The translations under genes were made by a program, and so were the position numbers. The notes below the pieces were generated by a model that made no database searches, had not been told where the DNA came from, and worked only from the letters and a program-made list of their open reading frames with translations. Shown one piece after another: positions 51,301-64,000 of a DNA stretch of 64,000 nt; positions within the stretch are counted from its first letter, which is position 1; the number at the start of each line of letters is the position of its first letter. Where the stretch lies: contig JAQGDQ010000013.1 in assembly GCA_030141605.1 (NCBI GenBank), positions 194,458 to 258,457 of the forward strand, in the 5' to 3' direction. The stretch comes from Tubiluchus corallicola. Lineage: Eukaryota > Animalia > Priapulida.

Positions 51301-54300
51301 ACTGTTGTTACTTTTCTATACAATTCGGTTAAGTGTCACATCAACTAAGATGAATTACGATTTATTTTCGTTTAACTGCCCATCATTACCCCAGGTTACC
51401 ATTGCAGATATTAAAGTGTATCGTCCCGATCTCTACTCTGTTCCAATATGTAAGCTTGCTTGCCGATTATTTATCAGATTGGGACATCTTTGGTCTTAAA
51501 ATTCTCTTTTTTGTAATAGCCTTATTTTTAAATTTAGGATAAAAGTGACGAAGTTCAAGAAAAAACTGAGGTTAAACCAAATAAAGAGATAAAAGAAGAA
51601 CCAAAGTCTAAACTTGATGACAATGTTCAGGTAACAACTTGTCAAATATTTTTTTGACAAAAGCTTTAGCTATCTTACTGATGAATTTTACATTTTGTTC
51701 AACAACTGATGAGGAAAAACTTATGATTCTGGTAACTATTTCATGCACTTTTATAGACGTGTATATTGGTGATGCCTGATTGCATTACACGTGGTATTGT
51801 CGACTGTCTGTGCCAAGTTGTTTACCTCAGATTTGACATACGCTGATAATGAAAAACTTACACAGCTGAATAGAACATTCGAGTTTGCCGTTAGCTAAGT
51901 TTTGCATATTTAACTACCTAAATATGCAAGAGGCTAATATTTAGAAGCTGAAGCTGAGTCACTTGTTATTACATCAGCTGACTTGCACAGTAAATCAGCT
52001 AGCTCGGCTGAGGTTGACTGGCTTTTCAGGTGGTTTGGCTTAAAGAAAAAAAATCAGCTATGTCAGCTAAAGCTACGAATTTTTGTTAACTAACTAAATG
52101 ATAAATTGTTAGTTAACAGTTAAATTATGGAGACAACTTTTTTAAATAATTCATGTTGCTTATACACATAAAAAAGCTGACGTACAGATTCAAATAATGC
52201 ATTAGAGATAAATTTTTTAATATTATAAAAAAGCAACGGATTTATTTCAAAATAATTTAATTCCAACTCTTGGCAAAGCTGATCTTAACCAAAACACCAA
52301 AATAATCCTATACGTGTGACTAACGTTGCCTATTTGTCTATTTAATTTTGAATTCACTAGTTTTCTCATTCAGAAATTTCTGAAGTTTAGTATCTCTGCC
52401 AGCAAATGCGTTTGCCATATTTCAACCAGTGATTTCATCTTCGTCATCACCTCTGGAGTCACGCGTCCTCTGACACTTCAGACCATGGTGCGCTGTCACC
52501 TGCAATCTCCCATGTTTCTGTATTTTTCGTATCTAATGGTGTCTGGTTTCAGTGAAATTGATGTAAGTCAGCAGTTGTCCTACTTGTGGTTTCTTTTCTT
52601 TCTGCAATGATTTGTAAGAATTTTGTAACGCCTTAGCGGGGCATGAATTGCATTATTCAGAATTACATCGAGTGATTTGCAGTGTTGTGTGATTTTCGCA
52701 AGGGCGAAAATCTTCGCAGCCGGCAAAAATGTCGGCTAGCTCGACTCCCATCACTGAGCAGCTGGCGGTATTAAAGCTGGGTTTCTCATTCGCTAGGTCG
52801 GCTCTAGAAATAAACCGGCTGGATCTCAGCTGAAACGCGGCTCTGGGCACTGCTAATATTGTGCAGCTGATAGCATCTATAAAAGCAGCTGTACTTATAA
52901 TAGAATTAAGAGTTAATTTTGTACAAAATTAAGCTATATTGTGGAAAATTAACAAAAGCGCACTAGTGGATTGATAATTTGCAAGCAAATGAGCTATAGC
53001 ACAATGAATCTACAGCGCAAGATTAATTTGTTGACTGTAAATAGAGAATGTACTGTGAATCTAAATGAAATGTTCTTACTTATTGTTTGTCCTTTAGAGT
53101 TTGATTCAGCTAATCTGTGACATTAAAGCCATGGAAGATGCTGTGATGGAGATGAAATATGATTGTAAGAAAGCACCATTAGGTAAGGAAATTGTTCATA
53201 AAATTCATTGATGGTAAGAAGTTATGTTACTATTGTGCATGCACTATTTACTGTCATGAGAGCTAATCAAAGAAGTTGTGTTAGTTATGTGACCTGCTTA
53301 TAGTTTTCTTTTCAGCCTTTTTTCTTTTGCCATTGATAAATGTAAGTTACATAAGTTTTTGTGGACAGTGTTTTAGTACTTTTTGTGGATGGGGAACTAT
53401 AGGGATAGACTGTAATCACTTGAAGCCATGTCAGGTAAGCGGATGCAATTTGCGCACAGAGCATGCAGTCTTATTTAAATGGTAGGAGTTGGTAGGCAGT
53501 ATCCCTACATTAAATTTTCCTCTTTATTTATCAAACTTTTCCTTGCCTAAATTGAAGTTATTCCTCCTGTTTTGAGAGAAATTATAGAGAACAGTATATT
53601 CAACTTTTCTCTCTACGTTTGCTCAAATTTGGTGGGGCCAGGAATCCTCATAGTACACTGAAGGATTAATATTCGATTAAGAGCATTAAGATTAAAGTAC
53701 ATGTTATACTTTATGATGACTCAGTGGTAAAATGTTGCTTCTTATCTGGGAGATTGGTTTGTTTCGCAAGAACTTCGAATATCAGACCAAAAGCAAAGCA
53801 ACTGGCTTTTGCGGTGTCTCTTCATTGGGCATTGGTAGTGTTATGCACAATGTGGCAGTAGTTTGGGTAGCAGTTATTGCACTGTAAAAAATCATTCTTG
53901 TCAGAAGAGGCTTTTTGCAAAGGCTTTCCTTTTTTGAACTGCCTTCAAATGCGACAGTCAGACTGTTCGTCGTTTTCCTGTATGTCGTTGCCCATGCTAA
54001 TGAGTGTAGTTAAATTTTTCGTAGTGCTAACTGTTCTAATCTGTATTAGGGTTTAATTTAAAGAATTTTTGCAGGAAAGTTGACGACAGAGCAGATTCGA
54101 GCTGGTTATGCTGCACTGAAGAAAATAGCGTCCTTAGTAGACAGTGGGCAGACAACAGGCTCAGCCTTGATACAAGCATGCAATGATTTCTATACCAGAG
54201 TACCTCATGATTTTGGGTATGTAATATTTAAGATATTATAAGAGATAGTATTGCAAATACTTCCCTCATTTGCTGTGATTGTTGCCTTTGCTGTAAAGCA

Positions 54301-57300
54301 GCTGTACTTGCGAGATCTCGTCGAGTTTTTTTTGTCTTAGAAGATGCAGGCATACATACACAGAGTTAGATTGAAATCCTCTGTATAATATGTAAATTGT
54401 TTTTTATAATTTTTTGTAATTATTTACCTTATTGATAGGATTGATAGAAGTAGAAAAAATTGCTATCATAAATGATATTTGGCATTTATTTACTGTAACA
54501 AATTTTTCTGATGCAAATTGCACATACTGACTGCACCTCTTTAAATGTTTAGTTTTCTCTCTTGTCAGCATGAAGCAACCACAACTGATCAGGACAACAG
54601 ACGAAGTCAAAGCAAAGTTAAACTTGCTAGAGGTAGCCAACTCCCTCTGTTTATCTGCCACAATTAGTTACGGTTAATTAATTGCTATGAATCATTGCCC
54701 TTTAAGTGGAACAAGAAATCTGTTTTGTGCTTTGCTTATTTTGTGTTACCATTTAATGTATCCTAATCTTTGACAGTTAATCTCAGAAATTCTATATAGA
54801 TGTTGGAAAACTGGGTAATTTTATTGCCAGAAAACAGATAAAAGCCTGATTCCTGTTTCACTGTCTGCCACTGCGAGTTAGTGGAACCTTCAAATAATGA
54901 GACAGGGTTGCAAATTTTGCCTTTTGTTTTAAATAATTTTATGAGGCTCATATAATTAATTCAAGCATTGTTGTTCTAGCTGCGTAGTTGTGCTTTTTTA
55001 TCAAATTACGTGCCTATAACACAATTTGATAGAGTGACAGTTTACCGTGTTCTTATATACAGTTTTCTGTAGGCACTTGGTGATATAGAGGTAGCTATTC
55101 GTACGCTGAAAGAAAGTACCGAGGTCAATGTACATCCTATAGATCGTAATTATCACTCATTAAAATGCGAGCTGCAGACGCTCACACATGGTTGTGACAT
55201 ATTCCAGGTAAAAATTCAAAGCAGTAACAATATTACGTATAAAAATGACAACAGTCATTAACAGCTGATACATCTGATATCGATTACAAGTAATGGATGC
55301 TTTGTCTTTCTCACTTCTTCAGATTAATGATGACTATTGTCACAATTGAAATTTACTAATTGAACTTTCTTTTCGTGCTTATAAAGATTTTTTAACTTTC
55401 TTGTTTTTCATGATTAGCAACTGAAAGTAACTGCCTAGTTTTGCTGTTTCTTATTACTTAGCAAATATCCATTAAGCAATTGTTTGGTGATTGAATGTCA
55501 AAGTCAGTAGTTGTAAATGCAAATGCTGAAAGTAAATTGTCATTGTTCAGCCTAGAGCATCGTTATTTTGGGTTTACAATTGTACAATTTAGTTTCTCAG
55601 TTGGTAGTCAATTACATTGGGCAATGCAATATTCACTTGGAATGTCACTTCACAAACAATATGTTTGAAGCTCAGTTCACAAAAAGTTAGCTCGTGCACT
55701 AGTTTTTTCTTGTTTGCAATTTTTTGTGCCAGAAGAATTTTGCTATATTTTCACAGGTGATTGAGAAGTACGTCAAGAACACTCACGCAGCTACGCACAA
55801 CATGTATCAGCTGAAAATTGAAGACGTTTTTGTTGTGGAGAAAGATGGTGAAGCTGATGCTTTCAGAGATGTTGGAAATAAGTAAATATTGTGTTATTTG
55901 TTTTCAAAATTACTTCATGGTTCTTTCATGTGCCTACAATTGTCTGTCCTTCATGTCTGTCCAGTGTCAGGTGTCCACAATTAGTCTTTCATATTTTTGG
56001 AATGAATGATCGGATAAACACGAAACTCGAGCATTTGCCTCTTTGAGACATGCCGCAGAACCTCTCGTAATAAAAGCCGCAGTTTTCAGCGTTGGTCTTA
56101 GTTGATTAATTTTCAATAGCCTAAAACTCTGATGTTATTCATAGTTAAGGATGTTACGGAAAAAAAATTTAGTTACAGTTTGCCTATAATTGCACTCTGT
56201 GTTTAGTTTCGTTTTAGTTATTAGGTTTCGTAACCAAAAGTTTCCGTAATTTTCGGTAGCAATTTTCCGAAGTTTTAGTAGTATTTATCCAACTTATCTT
56301 TTTTCTCGTAGATGTTAAAAATCGCTGAAAAATCTTGACTGAAATAGTTCAAATAAAGTGAATATCTTTCATTTAACTTTTTGTACTATTTGTAACATGC
56401 TTTTTACGGTAACGCCGCATACCTTCAGTGCTTACGACTGTGAAGCTTTAAGGTCCCCAGGCACAATCAACCGAGAATGTAAAAGCGAACAAAGTTTAAT
56501 TTTATAATTTATGAAATGTAGGCAACAAAATAAAATTTGTCAATTTTTTTGAAGCATCGTAATCTTTAACCATAAACATTATCCGCTTTTTTATGTTCAG
56601 ATTCTTTGCCTAGCTACTTTTTCAAGTTTGTATCAAAAAAGTGTTTTGTATTGGCCAGTTAAAGTACTCCACTGTTTGTTGGGAATTATCAAGCTAATAA
56701 AATATTCATTATCAGTGAGTTAACTAACTATTTTTGCATATAGTTACATATATAGATTATAGAATTGCAAGAACTTTTGAAACAAATCACCAAGATAGAA
56801 AGGCTCGACTTTTGCGGGAGGTTAAGTCCATGCCAATGTATTTGTCTGCAGTAAGGTTTTGCATAAGAACAAATCCTTATGGACGAAAATAAACTGAGCA
56901 TAAAAATGTCTATAGAGAGAAGCTTCAAATACTGTTGTTGTTAAAGATTCTTTATTTCGCATTTAACAAAATGATTATCAGTTCCAAGTTACATGTAATT
57001 CATTGCAGAATTTAGTGATGAATCTCATTAATTCTTAATTCTCATAATGTTAAATTACTCACTTATTCATTGCTTCTTACCGAAATTTCAGATCGTAGGA
57101 AAAATCCGGTGTTTCACTGACTTACTTTCTCTGTCTGTCACTCGTTTTAACTTAAATTTATCCAGTTGAGTTGAAATTTGGTAGGGTGATTAGTTAGGAT
57201 GGCCTAACTAATTAGTTACGAATACAAAAAAAATGTAGCAATTGCTTTGTTACTTAGTTTTTTAATTAGAGTTGTTTAATTAATAATTAACTTTAAATTG

Positions 57301-59876
57301 ACTAAATGAAACTTCATGAAGACCAGAACTACATTTTTTATGAAAATTACTTCGAACAGCTTGCAAATATATATCTTGCTTTTTGCGCAGTGCTCAATAA
57401 CAAGTGAGCAAATATGCTATTTCATGTTTGTTATTGTCTTTAAAGGATGTTGTTATGGCATGGATCACGTATCACAAACTGGGCAGGGATATTGAGTCAA
57501 GGTCTAAGAATTGCACCACCTGAAGCTCCTGTTACTGGATATATGGTAGGTACACTGTAAAGAATGTACCTGTTTTACTTGTTTAAACGTTGTTTCACTT
57601 ATGTACAAACGCGAAATGTTGTAAATGTTTTAGTGATTTTGTCTTAATATTAAATACTTAGGCAACAGCATTGACTATTTTCTTTCAGATTTCTCAGCTC
57701 TATTGATAAAATTATTTATCTGCATTTGATTGATTGCATGAGTGTGATAGCACTTTCAAACATAGTTTTTTTCTATTGTCATCAGGAATCAGTTTGGTCA
57801 GTAGAGTACATCTATATTTAACTCTAATAATCAGCATAGCACTGACAATATTTTCAGTATTGTTTTTGCAAATCGTTAGCTTTCGTTTTGCTTTGCATTC
57901 TGGTAGCCGTATAAAAAGTATGTTGGGCTATGAGAGATAACACATGAAGTCATAAATTGTTGTTGCATATGTTGTCACTGCTTAGCTGCTGGACTTGTAT
58001 GCTCTGAGGGAATGTTATGAAGCCATGTATCTGGGTGACATTTTTTTATTATAGCAACTTCTGGCTTTATGATGTTGATAGTATTTTTAGTTTTCATTTG
58101 CTTCATCTTCTGTCTTTGAATGCTGCCTTATATTTTTAAAAATGGCCAAGCATGACAACTAATATGTGCCAAGCCAAATGGCAAACAGACTGTGGCAAGT
58201 CACAAATTAGTTTAAGAACTACTAATCTTGAACCTTAGTGCCCAAAATTTAGAAAGTGCACTGCTATGTCTGCAGGTGAGAAGATATGTTTTTGCATGGT
58301 ATTAAGATACTGTGGACATTTTCTGCATAATTTTTAGACAGTTTGAATAAATACTCTGCCTTTTATTACAGTTTGGCAAGGGAGTGTACTTCGCAGATAT
58401 TTGTAGTAAAAGTGCAAACTACTGCTTTGCCAGTAGAAGCCTCAACACTGGCATACTGATTTTATGTGAGGTATGTGAATAAATGAGTATTTCACTTCCA
58501 TTGGTAAACATTAAACATACGTTTGTGTTTAGAAGTTTTAACTCTCAGTCAATTTAAACTTTGTAACAGTAAAATTACACTAACGTTCTGATAAGCAGCT
58601 CTCTGTCCACTCACAAAGTTTTGCGAAATCCTCTGCTCACTGTTATTTTGGTTGGCAACACCTGTCGGCATACCGCAGCATTTTGATAAGTAAATCTAAA
58701 ATCACTCTAATGCTTTGGAAAGCAACGTTTAACATTACATGCTGTTTATTTGTAAGTGCTGTCATAATTCAGATGAGTCAAATCTGAACTCCAAATTAGA
58801 TGCAGTTTTTACATTGCCTAAAAATGAGAGTATAATTCAATTCAGTGATTCGTACTCCATTTATTCTTAAAGATTCGCGTTAAAGAATAAATTTCAGATT
58901 CGACAAGTCTATGGCGTGCGTGAGCATTTAAGAAATCTGCAGGCTTTTTACTTTAGTGTATAACAAGGAGGAAGATAGAAGTTGTCGTTTTGCAAGCAAA
59001 AGAATGATTTATTTCATAATTTTACTTGTGATAGTTTTGTTGCCTGTTAATTCTACTGCTTAGCAAAACAAAATATAATTATAGCGTAGAAATGATGATT
59101 GAATAGTGGTGTATCACAGCTAAAATCAAAATTGTGGAAATATATAGTAAGATGTACTGTAGTTTTCGTTGCTGTGAAAGCAGCAACCTCCATTTTAAAT
59201 TGTTGTATCATATATCCATAGGTGGCCTTAGGCGTGTGTAATGAGCTATTAGTTGCTGATTACAGTGCGGATAAACTACCAACCGGGAAACACAGCGTGA
59301 AAGGTTTAGGTCGAGTTGCACCGGATCCCAATGATACTCACACACTGTAAGTGCTGAATAATGATAAATGTTTATAAGCATGGTTTATTTGGTTTGGACA
59401 CTATGTTTTTACAACTTATTTCATATTATAACATAATCTTCTTTGTAGATGTCTATACAGTAGTAATTACCATTTTATGGTTTCAGAGGTGTATACTATA
59501 GTAATAGTTATTTATATGCGTGCGCAAGTTTTGCCAGTACTACAAAACTGTATACAGTGTATATATGAGACAGTATCAGTATCATTGTGAAATTGATTGG
59601 TTTTATTTTTTCTGACTTATAAAAGGACATTCTGACTAACCCAGTAATATATCAGGTAGAGTCTGGTATTATAGCAAAAAATTGTCACTTTACACTTTTT
59701 GGCTATAATTATTCCATTTCAGGGCATCAGGTGCAGTAGTACCATATGGCATACCTGTAGAGACGGGAGTAAAGAATCCGTCAGGCTACACGCTCAGCTA
59801 CAACGAATTCATTGTGTATGATAGGGCACAGGTTCGCATGCGATACCTAGTCAAACTTAGCTTTAATTTTAACTGA
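37798..59876 (+). CDS. PARP2: Poly(ADP-ribose) polymerase 2-like with two N-terminal WWE domains (WWE-WWE-basic linker-WGR-PARP_reg-catalytic), about 770 aa, 20 exons
   Basis: Exons: 37798-37840, 42028-42182, 42563-42683, 44235-44438, 44963-45097, 46350-46418, 46565-46645, 47797-47912, 48395-48567, 49353-49446, 51538-51630, 53098-53182, 54075-54216, 54569-54632, 55073-55207, 55757-55881, 57446-57545, 58372-58470, 59222-59346, 59723-59876 (TGA); 2313 nt with consistent phases. PARP2-like [42 protein letters not shown] (WGR); [17 protein letters not shown] (regulatory domain); LLWHGSR, GVYFAD, SKSANY and YNEF (H-Y-E triad). Exon 1 is the least certain. Confidence 0.92.
37997..38479. mobile_element. 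Tigger/pogo-type MITE, 483 bp, in PARP intron 1
   Basis: 26-bp TIRs CAGTGGCCGCCGCTTATT(G/A)TGGACAC with one mismatch, TA duplications on both sides, and subterminal GTCCAYAWTAA repeats. Confidence 0.92.
38600..40650 (-). mobile_element. BEL/Pao LTR retrotransposon remnant (gag zinc-knuckle region plus putative 3' LTR)
   Basis: The minus strand at about 40575-40383 encodes [43 protein letters not shown], a decayed BEL/Pao gag CCHC cluster with a stop and a frameshift. A PPT-like GGGGAGCCA at 38861-38853 precedes a putative LTR at about 38852-38600 containing AATAAA and ending ..TTACA. Confidence 0.65.
41333..41423 (+). repeat. Dispersed repeat of about 90 bp, copy 2
   Basis: Matches 33013-33106 with a few substitutions and indels. 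Confidence 0.8.
41488..41848. mobile_element. Tigger-type MITE, about 360 bp
   Basis: TIRs CAGTGTTCCCTC(G/A)CT; TA on the right flank and GA on the left; subterminal TCGCGG repeats. Confidence 0.8.
42212..42362. repeat. Compound (TTA)n(TCA)n(TTA)n microsatellite
   Basis: Directly visible; explains the poly-N/D spurious ORF 42219-42422. Confidence 0.95.
43456..43602. mobile_element. MITE-like element with internal (TTAGGG)n-like repeats, copy 2
   Basis: GAAGTTTACAATTCCCCACACA..TTAGGG repeats..TGTGGGAGAATTTT; inverted relative to 37100-37277. Confidence 0.65.
51942..52852. mobile_element. Probable hAT-type non-autonomous element, about 910 bp
   Basis: Flanked by identical 8-mers CTAATATT (51934-51941 and 52853-52860). 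The right end reads CAGTGCCCAGAGCCGC on minus. AGCTGAG/AGCYGAC subterminal motifs occur at both ends, but the left TIR is eroded. Confidence 0.5.
53712..53900 (+). mobile_element. Degenerate tRNA-derived SINE
   Basis: A-box-like TGACTCAGTGG (53717-53727), a degenerate B box, then a CAGACCAAAAG..CTGGCTTTTGCGG core. Confidence 0.3.
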
Positions 59877-61246
59877 CGGTTTGGTGGGACAAAATAGGTA
59901 GATGTTAGTTCATATTCAGCAGTGATACAGAAAGATTATTGTGAGGATTGTTTTCTTGCTGTTTTGCACGATTAAATGGTTTTTTATTGGTGAGAGCACC
60001 TTTGCCTTCGCAATTTTCTGTGGCACACGTACAGGGCCGTCTCGTACTTGTAGGCAGACACATTTTTTAGTTTGATAGGAACTGGTTGAGCTTGCCCACA
60101 TCAGAATGGAAATGCTGTGAAGGGTATATGAAAACCAAGATAAAAATGTCCAAACAGTTTCCTTTCTACTTGTTTGTCACTTCCAAGTTTATAATGGATT
60201 AAACCAATATCATATAAGCAATCTATGTAGTGCTTTAGATTCGTGTCAGGTTGCACTTTCACGCCCACTTGCTTACTAATTTACCATGGGACCATCTTTT
60301 TACAGCCTTTTGTTGATGGTATTACTTTTGCTCTATGTCATGTACATTCACTACTAGCATTTTACTGTTTCCAAATAATAACTGTTTACGGTCATTACTA
60401 AAATGGCTGATATGAATAATATGATCTAATATTGCTACCATCACTTTTTAATTGTTGGCAACTTTATGGAAGCACGACACGACTTTTATTAGAGTTGAAC
60501 TAGATTAAGGACTGTGATAAACTGAATGTGATTGTACCTTTCCAAGTGTAAATCTGTGTGAAATTACTTTATTTTTGTCACTTATTGCCTTTACTAGAAA
60601 TAAACGAATTGTTTTTCCAAATGCATATTTTGCAGAACCTGCATTTGTCGTTGACTTAATTTTACTGTATAGAAACTTCAGCAGCTACTGCAACACTTGG
60701 TTTTCGAAATTAGTGAATCTGGTTACGTAAATTTATTGCAAAATTTCATTATCATTTTTTCCTAGAGTACAATTATTAATTGTAAACAAAATCAGATGAT
60801 CATTGTACGAGGTTATAGAAAATAACGTGCACGTGCACAAAGCACTAGTCTTATTGGTATTTTCATGTCAAACAAGCTTTGTAATTTGCAACAGTTTTTC
60901 GTAGATGTTCATACTTAGTTATTGTGCATTTTACATAATTTACAATTGCTCATTTGTTCACTTTAATCTGGAGCAAATGTTCCGATAGAGTACGAGGTTC
61001 CTATAAACTAATTAGTACTTTTAACTTATACATTTCATGCTATTTGTATATGCATGCTTAGTAGGCCTACAAATTTTTTTAGGAAAGATTCATTTACACT
61101 TACATGAATTTCTAGTGACTGCTACTACTTTTATTTCATGTTCTAGCTTGACAACCAATGTCTAGTTGTTCTAGGCTGACTGTGAAACCGATTAGCTAAG
61201 TTATTTGTTTTACTTATTTGGTGCTTTCTTCAAGTGTAACACTTAC

Positions 61247-61300
61247 TCAGATTCACAATCAGATTCAGATTCAGAGTCACTTTATTACATTGTCACTTTT
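61247..61300 (-). mobile_element. LINE-type 3' tail: AATAAA followed by (TCTGAA)n
   Basis: The minus strand reads AATAAAGTGACTCTGAATCTGAATCTGATTGTGAATCTGA. Confidence 0.45.
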
Positions 61301-62021
61301 TCTAGCTGCATAATGCATAGATGCTATTTGAAGTACTCACCCCCATTTCTGAATTCATATAAAACTCATGAAGCCTTTTGTGCAAGAATTTCCCATAGGT
61401 CACTCTCTCGCCGAGCACTTAAATCGAAACACAGACAAAGTGTAGCAAGCTGGTCAGTATGGTGTTTAAGTATACCGCATTCTACGACAGTCTTCTGGCA
61501 AATCTTGAATTAAGCTGAAAAGCTACTAGTGTAGCTTTTCAATACGATAATCCAAAGATTTGCTCCCTACTTTTCTCGTACTTTTGCAACTGTCTTATGT
61601 TAATCGCACTACTAGATGAAAATACATTAAGAAAACATGATGTGAACATAGTAGGAGTGTATCACTGCATATTCCATTGAGGAAGACAAGCTTTACAAGT
61701 ACTGTTATGTCATTTCAGAAGTAAACTGAAGAAATTGTTTAGCATTTGTAAAAATCAATAAATCCTTACAAAGGTGCTGGTAGCATTGCACTCCTGGCTT
61801 TCTTGCTTGCTCTGCTAGTAAAGTTAACATGAGCTTTCAGCAGGTTGGTCTATTGTTAGCGGATCCTTCGCTCCTTTTTACTTGTTGGCGTAGCAGTATG
61901 TACATAAAATACCAGACTGTGCCTTCATAGCAGTTCATTTGAAATCACAGTCTTAAAGGTTATTAGTGATACTGCACACATCACATATAATGCCATTCAT
62001 GCGTTATGCTACTTGTAATCA

Positions 62022-63865
62022 TCAAGATGATTCCATCTCTATACGTTTTCGCTTGCGATAGTTCTTCACCATATTTGATACAGTAATCTTCTCCGTCTGT
62101 CTTGTCTCCCAGAGCTGTTGATCCTGCAAACTGGCTTGTCCGGTGTGGAAGAGCGCTCTCTCACTCTCATCTAGCTTGGCTACAAGAGTCGAAGTGTCTT
62201 CATTTAATGCATTCTGAGCAGAGTCCATAATACTGCGAAATCTTGACGTAAACGTCTGCAAATAAATAGTTGAAGCGTGAATTCACTTTTTTACTTTTTA
62301 TAACAGCTTCAAAGTTTTCAAATAAAATGGTGAGTAACCAGCCACATTTAAATTTATAGCAATTCCTAGTGTTTTATGTAAGCCAGAAACTGCAAAAAAA
62401 CTTTCTGTAGTTCTTACACTTGAATTAATTATAAGCTGAACTTCATGTCCTAAAACATACAACACACATAATCATGTTTTTACATTACTTTTAAAACATA
62501 AGCTAATTCTAGCAAATTTGCTGTTGCCGGCATGCCCAGAGATTACCAAAGGCGTACAAAGACTATCTTGGACATGATATGTACATGTGTCCAAATTAAC
62601 CACAGCTGTAATGAATCACGTTATAGACATTGTACATATAAGCCAGGAAATGAAACACAATCGACTAAATTTGTTAAAAATAGGCAGTAATTGCAAATCT
62701 GATCAGCCACAAACCTGTAGCAACGACTTTGCAATATCATCAGATTCTGGTAACTCAAAGTTCAATAATTTTGATCCGAAAGCATAGTAATATGGTCCAA
62801 GTTTATATAAATCCATAACGTTGGCATCTGCTTTCATGATCTCACGGAATCCAGATCTGTATGGCTTCGTTGCCTCTACGCTCACGATAGTTCGTTGTTG
62901 ATTGCATAGTGCTCTGGCCAGCCAGTACGGTAGTTCTAGTTTAGCGCCAGATTGAATGTTCTCAGAATCAGTACTTGTGTCTAGAAAACCTATGAAAAAG
63001 GAGAATATTATCGTAAGCTACAGTACTGCAATTAAAAACACTGTAAAACTCAGCAGATCTGATTACATTAACGGTTAATTATGGCAGTAAATTCATTTCA
63101 GAACAACGGAACCCTTCAGACCCCAGAAAACCTTTGTGTCAGTCCATGGAAATGAACCTGAATGTGATGTTGGAATCTGAATACGAACGAATGTTTTGCT
63201 ATGTCTGAAAAAAGAAAAAGTTGGCGAATGGGTAACCTAGGAAACTACAAATACGAAAAACAGAATGCAAGTTAGAAAACAGAACTGACAAGAAAATGAG
63301 TGCTGTCACACAGATATTTATTCAGGTTGTTATGCATGGGCACTTATACATGTAGTCGTCAACGTGTGACCGCAACTGGTTCCAGCTGATTGGCCGTAAA
63401 GCAACTTCAACGAAGTGGGACCCATTATGTTTAAGTGGTGCGTTCCTATACATAAAATGGTATGTGTGTATGGATCAGTTAGTGTGAGCATGACGGCACC
63501 TACAGATAAATTTATCGAAACAGATAGGGTCTAAATTAATTTGCTACAAAAAATAGAAGGAAATATAAATTGCAGTTTTTTAGATTTGTACAATTAATTA
63601 ATTAAGTTGTGGTCGGGTTGTAAAGTCAAACAGTTGTAAGTTGCATAGGTCGCAAGTCTACGACTACCTGTACTTTTCTCATAACAATAGCAGATAAAAG
63701 TAATGTTATTTGTAAAGACGTAATTTTATTAAAAATGATACGGAATTCCATATTACCTAGTCTAAATACTGGCACTTCAAACTTGCATGGCACTTTTTCC
63801 TGTGTGGCTAGAATGTCATCAATACTGAAGAAATGATCAGCTATCCATGCAGAGCTGTCTAACAT
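62022..63865 (-). CDS. GINS3: DNA replication complex GINS subunit PSF3, about 205 aa, 3 coding exons
   Basis: Exons on minus: 63865-63757, 62989-62715, 62255-62022 (TGA); 618 nt with consistent phases. Motifs FFSIDDILATQEKVPCKFE..RLGFLD, GAKLELPYWLA, ADANVMDLYKLGPYYYAFG, FTSRFRSIMDSAQNA..LDESERALF..SNMVKNYRKRK match PSF3. An in-frame TGA upstream supports this ATG. Confidence 0.93.
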
Positions 63866-64000
63866 AACTGACCAGTCTTTTACAAAGATTATGATGATAC
63901 CACTAGTGTTCTGATGGTATGGCCATCAGTTTTGCAGTGATCTGCAACATAATGCAGTAAAGTTATTCAGTGGGTGAGGTATTTCAATTCACAGTAAAAT

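Noticed and set aside
51703-51782. C/D box snoRNA candidate in a PARP intron
   Set aside because: Non-canonical C box (CTGATGA), only a 3-bp stem, and no identifiable antisense target.
37-63865. Functional genome-maintenance gene cluster (L3MBTL, RNF144, PARP2, GINS3)
   Set aside because: The thematic link is real, but housekeeping genes commonly sit together in compact animal genomes, and there is no evidence here of co-regulation or conserved synteny.

Overview
AT-rich, intron-rich animal genomic DNA, probably from an invertebrate (the MAP4K resembles protostome happyhour; this is inference). Five protein-coding genes can be reconstructed with phase-consistent GT-AG exons. (1) The 3' 17 exons of an L3MBTL-type Polycomb gene on + (FCS finger, 3 MBT repeats, 2 C2HC fingers, SAM). 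(2) An RNF144-type RBR E3 ligase on - (7 coding exons). (3) A MAP4K3/5 (happyhour-like) kinase-CNH gene on - whose 843-codon CDS has no introns, probably a retrogene. (4) A 20-exon PARP2-like polymerase on + with two N-terminal WWE domains and an intact H-Y-E triad. (5) GINS3/PSF3 on - (3 coding exons). Introns and intergenic DNA hold a decayed full-length Tigger/pogo transposon, several Tc1/pogo and hAT MITEs, a foldback element with a nested Helentron-like insert, a BEL/Pao LTR remnant, SINE/LINE fragments and microsatellites. The most notable observations are the intronless MAP4K, the tandem-WWE PARP2, a divergent transcript sharing the PARP2 promoter, and uORF/start-stop elements in three 5' UTRs. 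All exon models were read by eye and need RNA-seq confirmation.
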